NCBI GenBank assembly: GCA_028023455.1
Contig: JAQFVV010000003.1
Span: 28,830,001-28,894,000, forward strand
DNA: 64,000 bases
Origin: Epiperipatus broadwayi
Taxonomy: Eukaryota > Animalia > Onychophora
Direction of reading: 5' to 3'
Made by a program: the position numbers and the translations under genes. The stretch's first letter is position 1. Each line of letters opens with the position of its first letter. Shown piece after piece: positions 12,176 to 24,808 of this stretch. The notes beneath the pieces are model-generated. The model worked only from the letters and a program-made list of their open reading frames with translations, searched no databases and was not told the DNA's origin.

Positions 12176-14837
12176 CAAACTTCTTATAAACTCACAAACA
12201 ATAAAGCCATATGTCTTTTGTTTTTAAACTAGATTGATAATTGTTGGCTATCTACAATGGATTTAATCCTCAAGTCCGAAATTTGAGACGTAAATACATT
12301 CATATATAGAACAATAACAAAATCAATAATAAAATAAATATGCTTCAATATCTCAAATCCTCAATGAATAAATATGTTTCAGTTATTAAAATGAAGTATT
12401 TAAATCTTGGAGATATTAAAATAAATTGTCAGCAAAACCAAATTAATACTGATAATTATTACTCTACTGTCTAGTTATATGCATCTGTTGTTGAGCAAAA
12501 AATTTGACAAACAATGCATGATAGTCTAAGAAATAAAACTTATTGATAATTAAGTGAGCAATCTTATATATAAGTAAGTTCTTTGAAAAATAAAACTTAC
12601 AAATTTTTTTTATATCATGATCTCCATTCCATAGTTACTGAATTCTTAGAATGATAAATGCAAATAGATGAAAATAATAAATAGTTAGTCTGTATCTAGG
12701 TTTCTTTGGATTCTGCTTTGTTATTGTTCACTAACTAACTGTTTCTTATTTGAGTAAAATTCTTATAACAAAGACAAATGTCAACAAATGATTTTGATGA
12801 TAGATCCACTGCAGCTAAACTAATTTGAATTCCATCTCACTTTTATTTTTATGGCCCATAACAACAGTAAATTTAAAAAGTTTGTAAATAGATGGTGTAA
12901 TATTCACCCTAATTACATGAATGGCACCACAAAAATATTGTATTTAATTTTTTATTATTACTATTTTTTACTTTAACTAAAATTTGATAAGCAATGATTA
13001 GAAAATGGAATACTAATGTTTTATCAAATTGGTGCTTCATAACTATATCCCTAAGGATCAAGATGTTTAGAGAATGTGTTACATAAAAAACATTGCTGTG
13101 ATGCTATAATGTGATATGGCTACTCTTTTATTGAAGTCAGGAATCACTCAGCCACTATGTCCAAAAAAACAACAACATGTTAGCCATCTTACTTTCCCTT
13201 TCTACTCATCATCCTATGTTTTCCCTATATTTTTTTCTATCCTGCTCTATTCCATTTCCACATCATCATCATTGTCCACTCCATGGCCTATGTATCTGGA
13301 TGCCCCTTATCTTTTTCCAACCCCAGCATAAAGACCAATAATCCACTTTCTGTATAATTACTTGGTTTATATTTATTCTCCCACAATTTCATTATTTGTA
13401 CCCTTTCTGGTTCTAAGGATTTACATTCTATTATAAAATGCCTAATATTTTCCATGCCTTTATATATAATCTGCAGACTAAACCACCCACATTTCTCCAT
13501 TTATATGTATATTCCCTTGTTGCTAGCGATCCTGTTCGAGGCCTGAATAGTAAACTACTTTCCCTACTATTATTATAAATTAACTCACATTGTTTACTTC
13601 TATATATATTTAAGCTCTTTTTACTCTCCATACTAGTTCTCCATCTCTCCAGCTCCCTATTTTTTATTAATACATCTATTCTTTTATCCCAGACTTCGCC
13701 ACTATAACACTCAACAATCCTCCTAACACAATCATCCCACACTTTGTACAAGTATATTGATATAGTCTTTATCCAAACCTTCTGCATACCATACTATCTT
13801 TACCCAATTTTGTTGCTGGCCCTTAATTAATAATTTAATTAAATACTATTTTGATTATTCTCTTACTATCCATAAATTGCAATCTACCAAATATTTTCAT
13901 TTTGCATCTCCTTGAATTGCTTCCTTTGCTGTCCACACATCTACATCTAATACATATCTTCTTCTCTTTGTACTTTTTCTAAGTAACATCCCTTTGCTAA
14001 CACATAACACATCATTCCCATAGGTTAACCCTGCTATTGCCACTTCCTTCCATACAATTCTTGCTGTATCATATTTATTTTATGAAAACACTTAATTTCT
14101 TAATCGGTCCTTTTTTTCTTCTTTGCTTCATTTATCAATTTTTTCCCCTATTCCTCTGATTACTTAAGACAATTCTCAAATAGTTGTACCTATTCACCAC
14201 ACTTTACTTTATATCCCCCAAGAAAAATTGTTTCTCTTCCCTTTTCCTAGCATTTACCATCATTACTTTTGATTTTTCTTCACTAAATTTGATCCCCCAT
14301 CTTTTTACATATCCCTGCACAAGTCTTCAGCACAACTTACATATTTTCCCTACTTTCTGTACATAAGAAAATATCATCAGCAAATAAAAGATTTGATAAT
14401 GTATACTTTCCCTTGCTATCTATTAATGGTATCTCTATTCCTCATCCTAATCTTTCTATTGCCCTTTCCATTTCTCTCAAATATAACAAAAACAAAATAG
14501 GTGACATAAGGCATCTTTGCTTTAGTCCCACTTCATTTTTAACTCTAACTGATTCTACATTTCCTAATTGATACATATAATAATTATTTTCATACAATCT
14601 CTTAATAAGATCCACTAAGGCCCCATTCATTCCCAAATTTACTAAAACTTACTCATAATCTACTTCTATTCATTCTATCATATGCCTTTCTCGATATCTA
14701 TAAAGACCATGGTCTACCTGTATTTCTACTCATTTCTATAAGTTGTGTTACTACAAATAAAGTATCCCCTATATGCCTATCCTAAAGCCTCCCATGATCA
14801 CCATTTCTTATGCTTGCTCATAACTGTTATTAAATTA

Positions 14838-14986
14838 GGTAAAACTCTCCATACAATAGTGCCACTCAGTGCAAGCCAGAGTAATCAATGGATGCCAGAA
14901 GACTTGTGCATAAAATCCCTATCTAGTGCCTACTTATCCAATATCCCCAGATTAGTGAGTGGCACTACTGTATGGAGAGTTTTGCC
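14838..14986 (-). mobile_element. 149-bp insertion with ~30-bp inverted ends; short member of the hammerhead-bearing repeat family
   Basis: GGTAAAACTCTCCATACAATAGTGCCACTCA ... TGAGTGGCACTACTGTATGGAGAGTTTTGCC. The body is homologous to 36194-36290 and 36455-36532, and it interrupts the LINE RT. Confidence 0.75.
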
Positions 14987-15601
14987 TGTTTTATTCTAAA
15001 ACCTCCTTGCATTTCTCCCACTATATTATTTTCTTCCATTCATTTGCCACCCTTCAACTCAACATATATGCAAAAACTTTATACAACACCAACTACTACC
15101 AGTCTATGATCTTTACCCTTTCCTTTAAATCATAGCCTCACTCTTGTATTATTCCAGCTATCTGGGAATTCTGTCTTCTGTGTCACCTTATTAAAGCATG
15201 ATAATAGATTTAATTTTGCTCTATTCCCCAAATTTATCATCATGCTTCCCATCCATCTAAACCACTTGCCTTCCCATTTTTCAATTTCTTCCCTGCCTCA
15301 TTCATTTTCTGTAAAACTAATATTTCCATTATTATGTGCTTTTATGATGGTTATTCTGTCCTTCACATCTAACATTTTTCTATATCCATTACATACTTAT
15401 TTAAGATTGATTCTAATTCTTCTCTAGAACTATACTCTTTCTCCTTATCATTTAGTAATACTACTTCTCTTTCCCCTATATTCTTTCTTTTAATATATTT
15501 CCAAAATTTTTTACTCCCATCTTTTCCATTTTTATTAATATCTTCCAATAATTTACAATTTAATTTCATTCTTTATGTTTTCCTGAAGATGATAGTGTTT
15601 T

Positions 15602-15868
15602 AGTTGTATTTTTATATTGGACTATTTCCATCATTTAATATAAGTATTGAATGTCATTAGAAAAATTTAATTTTATTTGGCAGTACAGTGCACCCAACAG
15701 TAGTACCCTTTATTTAAATATTCCAAATACATTCAACTATTAAAAATAGCACATCAAACAAGTTAGTATCAGTTGAATGTATTTGGAATATTTAAATAAA
15801 GTTAATTTTTTCTAAAGACATTCAATACTGATATTAGATGATGGAAATAATCCAATATAAAAATACTA
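15602..15868. mobile_element. MITE-like insertion with nested inverted repeats
   Basis: 15606-15680 is the imperfect reverse complement of ~15793-15866. An inner 30-bp inverted repeat TTTATTTAAATATTCCAAATACATTCAACT lies at ~15709-15738 / ~15771-15800. Possible TA target duplication; interrupts the LINE. Confidence 0.7.
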
Positions 15869-16573
15869 TTTCATTTTCTCTATATAATTATCTATTTTAG
15901 CCAATTTCTTTTTATTTAAATAGTTTTTCCATTTAATATTAACATCTTTTTCAATTTCTTTGTTCTTAACAGCACATTATATTCTCTGCACCCCCCCCCC
16001 CTCTATTTTAAACTTTTACTAATTCTCTCTTTTCTCTTACTTTTATTTTTCTGAATACTCTCACCTAAAACCCCTATTTGCCACTTTTTCTACTTCACCA
16101 CACCAATCCTTATATTCATTCCCAACAAACTCTTCCATAACTTTTTGTATTTTTATTTTATATTCTTCTAACTTATTCTTACCATTCACTCTCCATCCAT
16201 ATCTTTCACTATCCTTTCTACTTTTATTATTATTTCCATCACATTACTAACCATTTCTATTATAAATTATAATAACTATTACATACTCTTTCTTCATTAT
16301 CAAAAACTTTTTTCCATACTTTATTCATTCCCTCTTTATTTAGTAATACATAATCATCTATTGTGTGAAATATATTATTTCTAGAATATGTATATTACCT
16401 ACCCCTCATAAATATTTGATAAATTTCCAATCTGCCCATTTTTGTTATTCAAGTCATCAATTTCTTCAATATGCCCATTCATATCCCATAATTTTCTTCC
16501 TCTTTTTTTTGAAACTCTGTATATTCAATTGACTATTTCCAGTGGCCATATACACTATAACCATATACACTTC

Positions 16574-17130
16574 TGATACCGCTATATTTTATTTAAATTC
16601 GCTAAGATTCACCCATCTTTAAAATCCGACTACAAAATATTTAACAAATGATTAAAATTTACTAAAATAACTAAATCAATAAAGGTAACTCACCATCGGT
16701 CTCTTCTTCCAGCTGCTTTTAAAATAGACTTCAGTTGTTCATGATTATAACATAATTCATTTTACACATCTGTGCCAGTTTCAAACCTCAAACTTTTGAT
16801 TTGACCCTATACTTTATTCCATTCTCATTTTCATCAAATCCAATTCTACTCTTTTTTTTTTTTAAAAAAAAAAATCAAATGGGTCCCCTTTTTCTTTTAA
16901 ACTTAGAACGTTTCCTTCTCCACCTCTGATGACAAATTTATATGAGGATGACTTATAGCTTGTTCAAATCATCCTCGGGCACCAGTCACCAGTAAGCAGG
17001 AAAGATTACATAAAATTTATAAAATATTTAATAAAAAAACTTATTTTTTTTTTTTACTATGCATTTGCACACATATATATATAATGACCTATTCAGTGCG
17101 TGGAATTGATTGATTGACGTGTCTCCTGAT
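16574..17130 (-). repeat. Left arm of a 557-bp long-range inverted repeat (partner 25065-25621)
   Basis: Direct comparison: about 3 substitutions per 100 bp against the reverse complement of 25065-25621. Confidence 0.95.
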
Positions 17131-17676
17131 CGTTATAACTGGCTACCCAACTTGGGCTGATCTTTAATAAACAAGAGTGCCCTGAGAATTTTAAAAGTGA
17201 ATCATGCCCGTAATATTTTTTCTGAAATTAGTATAAATATATTTGTTGTATTCACGTGGAGTTACAGTTTGAAATTTTGTCTTAAAGGTACTGCCAGTAA
17301 GAAAAATTGCGCATATGTAAAGATAAATACGAGGAATAAAAAGTAATAAAACATAATTAATAAATATAAATCATAATTTTTTTTTTTTAAAAAAAAGTCT
17401 TGTTTAAAATCTAATCGTTTAACTTGCCTAAATAATACTTAAAAGTAGAAGAAAAGAAACTTGGGAGGGAGCAAAAATTTAGCTGGTAGTAAGGAATCAT
17501 CAGTCAACATTTTTTTTTATCATTATATTTGTAATTATTGTTTTGTCTTTTTTAAAAAAAATAGTTTTGTCCTTTTGAAATTTCATATATAACAAATTTG
17601 TGAAATGTAATTACTAACACTAAGTAATTTTTTTTTTTTTTTAATGTTTTTATTTTTTTGAGGAAGTTTACTGATA
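17123..17676 (+). mobile_element. LTR 3'-end remnant, PBS and non-coding internal region of the long-LTR family
   Basis: ctcctgatcgttata-ac-TGGCTACCCAACTTGGGC (PBS 17140-17157), followed by gatctttaataaacaagagtgc..., homologous to 52620-52723 (minus). The 3' end ...tttactgata|TGTAAC is homologous to 51962-52030. Confidence 0.85.
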
Positions 17677-19781
17677 TGTAACGATATATAAATATGTCGT
17701 TACATTAAATTGAAATAAAAACTTTTAAGTTCGCAAATAAAAATAAATGTATTAGAAAAAAAAAAACTAAACACTAAAATTAAAATGTTTGTTAAACATA
17801 TAACTTATATATTATATTCGCACAGATGCAAAACTTTAAAAAATTTTTTTTATAAATAAAAAAAGTATTTGAACGTACTTTTTTGATAAAAAAAAAAAAA
17901 AGATTTAAATATAGAAATATTTTAATAAAGAAATAACGTAAGTTAAAATAAAAACAGGTATTAATTAATTCCTGTAATCTGTAAATGGAAATGATTGTTT
18001 ATTAATTATCCAAAAGCTGTGTAATTAAAGGGTCAGATGAAAAGTTAGCTAAGAGAATAAAGAGAAATTAGCTTGACCAATGAAATCACCAAGCCTCAGC
18101 CCGGATCCGAATGAAAAGGATCGATTAGTGACGTTTTGTTGGTTGAATCTGTGTGGATACTATAAAAGGAGAAATACAGTTTTCCTGAGAGTTTTTCCAG
18201 CTTGTTTTTGAGGGTCGTGATAGGACGCACATATCGCACTCTCTCTCTATTTTAAAAATGAACTGACTGTGATACCAAAATGAACCAGCTAATGCTACCT
18301 CCGGAACATCTGACCGGGTTTTCAAATAAAGACTCCGTGAAAATTTACATCAAGAGCAGTGATTCTTCTACTGTAAACTATTGACATGAACTCTAAGTTT
18401 AAAAATAATTAAGAACTTTCGTTCAAGCTTATGAACTTCTATCTGACTTTTAAGTTTAAAATGAATTGAAAATGTTTAAATTTATATGTTTTGCATTGAT
18501 AAACATCATTTCCATTTTATTATTTTTTTTATTTGTATTAATACTTATCGTATAAATTATTTAAATGCATGAAATTTAAAGTTGGGTATAGACGTTGCAT
18601 AGATTCGTTAGCGGTTAATTGTTGCTGTTTCATGGTCGATTGCAATATATAAGTCATCATGTCACTGCGGTGTCTTATGATGAACACCATTGGGTTTTTT
18701 TTTTATATTCCCTAGGTAATTGACATTATCAATGACTTTGTATTTTGATCGGTTATGTTTATTTTGGAATGTTTTTGACCGTGGAATCTGTGCAGTCGAT
18801 CTATACTCAACATTTTAAAACAAATTTTATAAAATTCATCTGTGCGAACATAATAAATGTTAAATTTAAGTCGGGCGTGAATGGCTGTATAGATTTGTAA
18901 AGTTATATATAGTTTAAGGGAGGGTAATCTTAGGTTATTCGTTTCGTAGTTGAATTAGCTCAATGGATTGGATATATTTGTGTAATTAGTAGATGTATGC
19001 GATCCGCTACGGGCAGGATTGCATATATACGCCACACACCTTCCGTTTGCCTATAGATGGGTTTGTAAGACGGCAAAGGACCGCAATCCATTCCTATGGA
19101 GTTTTATGTTTATTGTTATACTCGCCAACAGATGTAGCATTCCTGTTGGTGGAGAGACAATGTCTTCTGTAACTCTACTTACTGTTCAGATGTACATTCC
19201 TGACAGTATAGTATTTTGTGTTGTCGTATTTTCATGCTACATTGAATACATAAATACATCAGATGGATTGACGCCGGTTTGACTGCGAACTTTTTGGCCT
19301 AAGGCTAAATAAGGGATAGAATATTTTCTTTTCAAATGCAGATCTATGTAGTCTATTCATACTTGACAATCTTAAAATAAATATAAATTCATCTGTAGAT
19401 GATTTAAAATTTTAAAATAATAAGTTAAATTAACAGAATATTAAAATCTAAAAAAACAATTAATGTTGTTCCTCAAAATTTAAAAATGATTCAAAATTAT
19501 ATATGTGCGTAAATAAATATTTTTATGTGTTAATTTCTGGCAGTAGCTTTTATTTATTTATATTTAAGATATAAATTAAGATATAGATTATTATCTCTGC
19601 GTCTCCACTGAGCTAGTGACTTGGGCTAACAATCTAAATATTAAATAAAGTGGAATCTTATCAGCGCGTATCTGCCTACTTTATAAATTTTTCTAGGCTT
19701 AAATGCCTAGATGGCGCTCTGTAGAGCAGATATCGTAGTTTGCGGTTAGATTCGATCTTCACTTGTGTTTGGATCGTTATA
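17677..19781 (+). repeat. ~2.1-kb LTR (subfamily 1 of the long-LTR family)
   Basis: Starts TGTAAC and ends GATCGTTATA. Blocks such as agggagggtaatcttaggttattcg...gtaattagtagatgta match the reverse complement of 50860-50950. Confidence 0.88.
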
Positions 19782-19783
19782 AC

Positions 19784-19803
19784 TGGCGCCCAAATCGTGG
19801 GGC
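19784..19803 (+). promoter_or_regulatory. Primer-binding site, tRNA-Lys(CUU) type
   Basis: TGGCGCCCAA[AT]CGTGGGGC equals the known Lys1,2 PBS TGGCGCCCAACGTGGGGC with a 2-nt insertion, 2 nt after the LTR end. Confidence 0.85.
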
Positions 19804-20076
19804 CGGTAATTTATTTCCACCCCTGAGGGGATTAATGAGTATAGAGATAAAATTCTTTGTGCAAAATTAATGATTTTAAATTAAATTTTCGTTGTCCAAA
19901 ATAATGTCTATGTATAGATTTTTTTTCATGCGTTTGGACGCCCATCGCTTGGGACTTTGTTAATTATTCCCACACCCTGCAATACCCTGTATAGTATTTA
20001 AGTATATAGTGTTGTGTTTTTTTTCTTTTCTAAATAACACTAAAAGAAAAATATGTATATATATGTAAGATTTTTT

Positions 20077-23000
20077 GGTCCTGGTTTGCAGACCGTACTG
20101 CCGCCGTCAGAGGGCGCGGCGACATCATCAACAACCGGCCTGAAAATGGCAAGTGATAAATTTTTTTACAAAACGCCTCAAAATCGACAAATAAAAATGC
20201 CTAAGGCAATATATGTACAGCAAATAAAGCGAAAACTACAAATTAAAAAAAAATGAAAGAAAATGCTAAAAAATTCAAATAATAAAACCAAAAAATCATG
20301 AAAATTCCATTACGAGCTATACCCCCCCCCAAAATAAAAAAAACGCCTCAAAATCGACAAATAAAAATGCCTAAGGCAATATATGTACAGCAAATAAATC
20401 GAAAACTACAAATTAAAAAAAAATGCAAGAAAATGCTAAAAAATTCAAATAATAAAAACAAAAAATCATGAAAATTCCTTTACGAGCTATACCCCCCTCA
20501 AATCAAAATGCCTTCCCTTAAATCGACAAATAAAAATGCCTCAGACAATATATGTACAGCAAATAAATCGAAAACAACAAATTATAAAAAAAATGCAAGA
20601 AAATGCTAAAAAATTCAAATAATAAAACCAAAAAACCATGAAGATTCTATCAAGAGATATACCTCCCTCTACAATCTGACAATTCACAAAACGTGGCGGC
20701 CAAATAAAGCGGGAAAATACGAAAAAAAATCAAATTATTTACCTTCAACATAAATATGCATCTAAGTTCATATTAAAAAGCAATTCCCCCAACTGGTCAA
20801 AACGTAACACAGATTAATACGTAGTAACTAATAAAAAAATAAGCAGAAAATGCTATAAAATGCAAACTATAAAAAAATAGGATTAACAGTCCCCCCCCCC
20901 TACAATCTGGACATTCAGAAGGAAGCATGGTGGCCAAAAATAGCAGGGATCAAATTATTTACCTTAAACATAAATATGCATCTAAATTGATATTGAAAAG
21001 CAATTAATTGTTCTCTGACTTTCAAATTACTGCATATGTAAATGGAGCAGTAATATTTAAATAATCAAAAAGCAATCATTACCGATCCCTCCCCACTAAT
21101 CAAAACGTAATAAATGGTATCAATATTTTAAGATGATTTAAGTAACAGACCTAATAAGAATTCATATCATAGATTAATACGTAGTAAGTAATTAAATAGA
21201 ATTATAGTAAGTTTAAAAGAGAAGATGGAAAAATTACCTTGTTGCATTTTTTTTTGTTCAAGAAATTGTTTTTCACTGTTATATAGATTTAAATCACAGA
21301 TTGTAGTTTCAAAATGACTATCCCCTTCCCCCATTTAGTGACTTTTCTAAAACTAAGAACTCATAACACAGATTAATACGTACTAAGTGATTAAATATGG
21401 CAACAACGGACTAACTTTTATAAAATGTACTAAATCTTATGAATATTTAAAAAATCAAACACTATTTGCACATGTGTTGTGCATTATTTAAGTAATAGAT
21501 ATAACTCCTCAACACAGATTAATACCGTACATAGTAAGAAAGTTTAAAAAAGAAAGTGGGAAAAATTACCTTGTTCCAAATTCGGTTCAGAGCCATTTGC
21601 ACAATGATGACTCGATCATGATGTTCTGCAAAATGTAGCTTTGCTGGTAAATTTCTTAACACTTTTAGCAATGATGATTTCAGCAGATTAAAAAAATTAT
21701 TTAACAGAAGGTATCTACAAACACTAGCATTTATTTAAATCAAGTTATGCACACATATATAATATCCCAATTCATTTTAAAAATAATAAACAATTGTCCA
21801 CTATATTCATATTATTTTCAATTATGTTTTTATTTAAACAAAGTTGCAAGTTCATCTACATTTTTTTAATGAGAGATGTGTAATTACAAACATGAAATCT
21901 CCCCCCCCCCCCCTTTACTTGACAGCAAAAAATACTGTAAATACTTTTAAAAGAAAAGTCTTTCAACATCAAATTATTTATCTTTAAAGCAATTAATTGT
22001 TATCTGGCTCTCAAATTATGACATATGTAAATTGATCAATAATATTCAAATAATAATCAATGTAAAAAAGGAATACAAAACATAATTACCAAAGTCTTTC
22101 GGAACAGATTTTAACACTACGACTAAGAGCAAATATGGCAGAAATTAGCGGGAAAAAAAAGTTTTGAGTTAAAATTTGCGCATATCTAATGTTGTACTCT
22201 TCTCCATCAAAAAATAATCCTAATTAAGTTTGTCAAAAAATAAACATTATCCCAACAACTTGTATTTCTAGCACTACAAAATAATTAAAACGTCATAATA
22301 GAACTAAGCAGGTATTTCAAAACTCTACTTTAGCTACATTTCAAGTAAATTTGTTAGCTTTGGAAATAATATTTTTGATGTAAAATCTCTATTACGTCAT
22401 ATTTCATTTCACAGTTTGTTCTTTCAAAATTAAAATGCATACTATAAAAGAAGGATGACCGGAAATTATTTTTGGGTATCATGACTTAATAGAGATTTTA
22501 CATCAAAAATATCATTTCCAAAGCTAACAAATTTACTTAAAATGTAGCTAAAGTAGAGTTTTGAAATACCTGCTTAGTTCTATTATGACGTTTTAATTAT
22601 TTTGTAGTGCTAGAAATACAAGTTGTTGGGATAATGTTTATTTTTTGACAAACTTAATTAGGATTATTTTTTGATGGAGAAGAATACAACATTAGATATG
22701 CGCAAATTTTAACTCAAAACTTTTTTTTCCCGCTAATTTCTGCCATATTTGCTCTTAGTCGTAGTGTTAAAATCTGTTCCGAAAGACTTTGGTAATTATG
22801 TTTTGTATTCCTTTTTTACATTGATTATTATTTAAATATTATTGATCAATTTACATATATCATAATTTGAGAGCCAGATAACAATTAATTGCTTTAAAGA
22901 TAAATAATTTGATGTTGAAAGACTTTTCTTTTAAAAGTATTTACAGTATTTTTTGCTGTCAAGTAAAGGGGGGGGGAGAGAAGATTTCATGTTTGTAATT

Positions 23001-24808
23001 ACACATCTCTCATTAAAAAAATGTAGATGAACTTGCAACTTTGTTTAAATAAAAACATAATTGAAAATAATATGAATATAGTGGACAATTGTTTATTATT
23101 TTTAAAATGAATTGGGATATTATATATGTGTGCATAACTTGATTTAAATAATTGCTAGTGTTTGTAGATACCTTCTGTTAAATAATTTTTTTAATCTGCT
23201 GAAATCATCATTGCTAAAAGTGTTAAGAAATTTACCAGCAAAGCTACATTTTGCAGAACATCATGATCGAGTCATCATTGTGCAAATGGCTCTGAACCGA
23301 ATTTGGAACAAGGCAATTTTTCCCACTTTCTTTTTTAAACTTTCTTACTATGTACTGTATTAATCTGTGTTGAGGAGTTATATCTATTACTTAAATGCAC
23401 AGCACATGTGCAAATAGTGTTTGATTTTTTAAATATTTATAAGATTTAGTACATTTTATAAAAGTTAGTCCGTTATTGCCATATTTAATCACTTAGTACG
23501 TATTAATCTGTGTTATGAGTTCTTATTTTTAGAAAAGTCACTAAATGGGGGAAGGAGATAGTCATTTTGAAACTACAATCTGTGATTTAAATCTATATAA
23601 CAGTGAAAAACAATTTCTTGAACAAAAAAAAATGCAACAAGGTAATTTTTCCATCTTCTCTTTTAAACTTACTATAATTCTATTTAATTACTTACTACGT
23701 ATTAATCTATGATATGAATTCTTATTAGGTCTATTACTTAAATAATCTTAAAATATTGATACCATTTATTATGTTTTGATTAGTGGGGAGGGGTCGGTAA
23801 TGATTGCTTTTTGATTATTTAAATATTACTGCTCCATTTACATATGCAGTAATTTGAAAGCCAGAGAACAATTAATTGCTTTTCAATATCAATTTAGATG
23901 CATATTTATGTTTAAGGTAAATAATTTGATCCTCGCTATTTTTGGCCGCCATGCTTCCTTCTGAATGTCCAGATTGTAGGGGGGGGGACTGTTGATCCTA
24001 TTTTTTTATAGTTGGCATTTTATAGCATTTTCTGCTTATTTTTTTATTAGTTACTACATATTAATCTGTGTTATGTTTTGACCAGTTGGGGGAATTGCTT
24101 TTTAATATGAACTTAGATGCATATTTATGTTGAAGGTAAATGATTTGATTTTTTTCGTATTTTCCCGCTTTTTTTGGCCGCCATGTTTTGTGAATTGTCA
24201 GATTGTAGAGGGAGGTATATCTCTTGATAGAATCTTCATGGTTTTTTGGTTTTATTATTTGAATTTTTTAGCATTTTCTTGCATTTTTTTTATAATTTGT
24301 TGTTTTCGATTTATTTGCTGTACATATATTGTCAGGCATTTTTATTTGTCGATTTAAGGGAAGACATTTTGATTTGGTGGGGGGGTATAGCTCGTAATGG
24401 AATTTTCATGATTTTTTGTTTTTATTATTTGAATTTTTTAGCATTTTCTTGCATTTTTTTTTAATTTGTAGTTTTCGCTTTATTTGCTGTAACATATATT
24501 GCCTTAGGCATTTTTATTTGTCGATTTTGAGGCGTTTTTTTTGATTTTTTTTTGGGGGGGGGGGGTATAGCTCGTAATGGAATTTTCATGATTTTTTGTT
24601 TTTATTATTTGAATTTTTTAGCATTTTCTTTCATTTTTTTTTAATTTGTAGTTTTCGCTTTATTTGCTACATATATTGCCTTAGGCATTTTTATTTGTCG
24701 ATTTTGAGGCATTTTGTAAAAAAAATTATCACTTGCCATTTTCAGGCCGGTTGTTGATGATGTCGCCGCGCCCTCTGACGGCGGCAGTACGGTCCGCAAA
24801 CCACGACC
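20077..24808. mobile_element. 4.73-kb foldback-type non-autonomous DNA transposon (near-complete palindrome)
   Basis: Arms 20077-22400 and 22481-24808 are reverse complements (about 97% in sampled stretches), with an 80-bp spacer. Termini GGTC(C/G)TGGTTTGC..; perfect 8-bp TSD GATTTTTT (20069-20076 / 24809-24816). Confidence 0.92.
20170..20680 (+). repeat. Three ~170-bp subterminal tandem repeats in the left foldback arm (mirrored at ~24210-24720)
   Basis: aatcgacaaataaaaatgcc recurs at 20182, 20352 and 20521. Confidence 0.92.

Larger units (their letters stand above)
13110..16573 (-). mobile_element. Degenerate non-LTR retrotransposon ORF2 (APE-RT-C-terminal Cys/His), interrupted by two small insertions
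   Basis: Minus strand: endonuclease VYMVIVYM (~16560), SYRPWSL..YREK-like region (~14710), GLKQRCLMSPILF (14442-14636), LLFADD (~14380), NNSRESSLLFRPRTGSL and ENIRHFIIECK (13300-13600), AATAAA near 13128. Confidence 0.85.

Noticed and set aside
20170-20680. Regular ~170-bp repeats considered as a CRISPR-like array
   Set aside because: Whole units are duplicated with no unique spacers, in a eukaryotic transposon context.
22401-22480. Foldback spacer and inner arms as a transposase remnant
   Set aside because: No recognisable DDE, zinc-finger or dimerisation motif in any frame.
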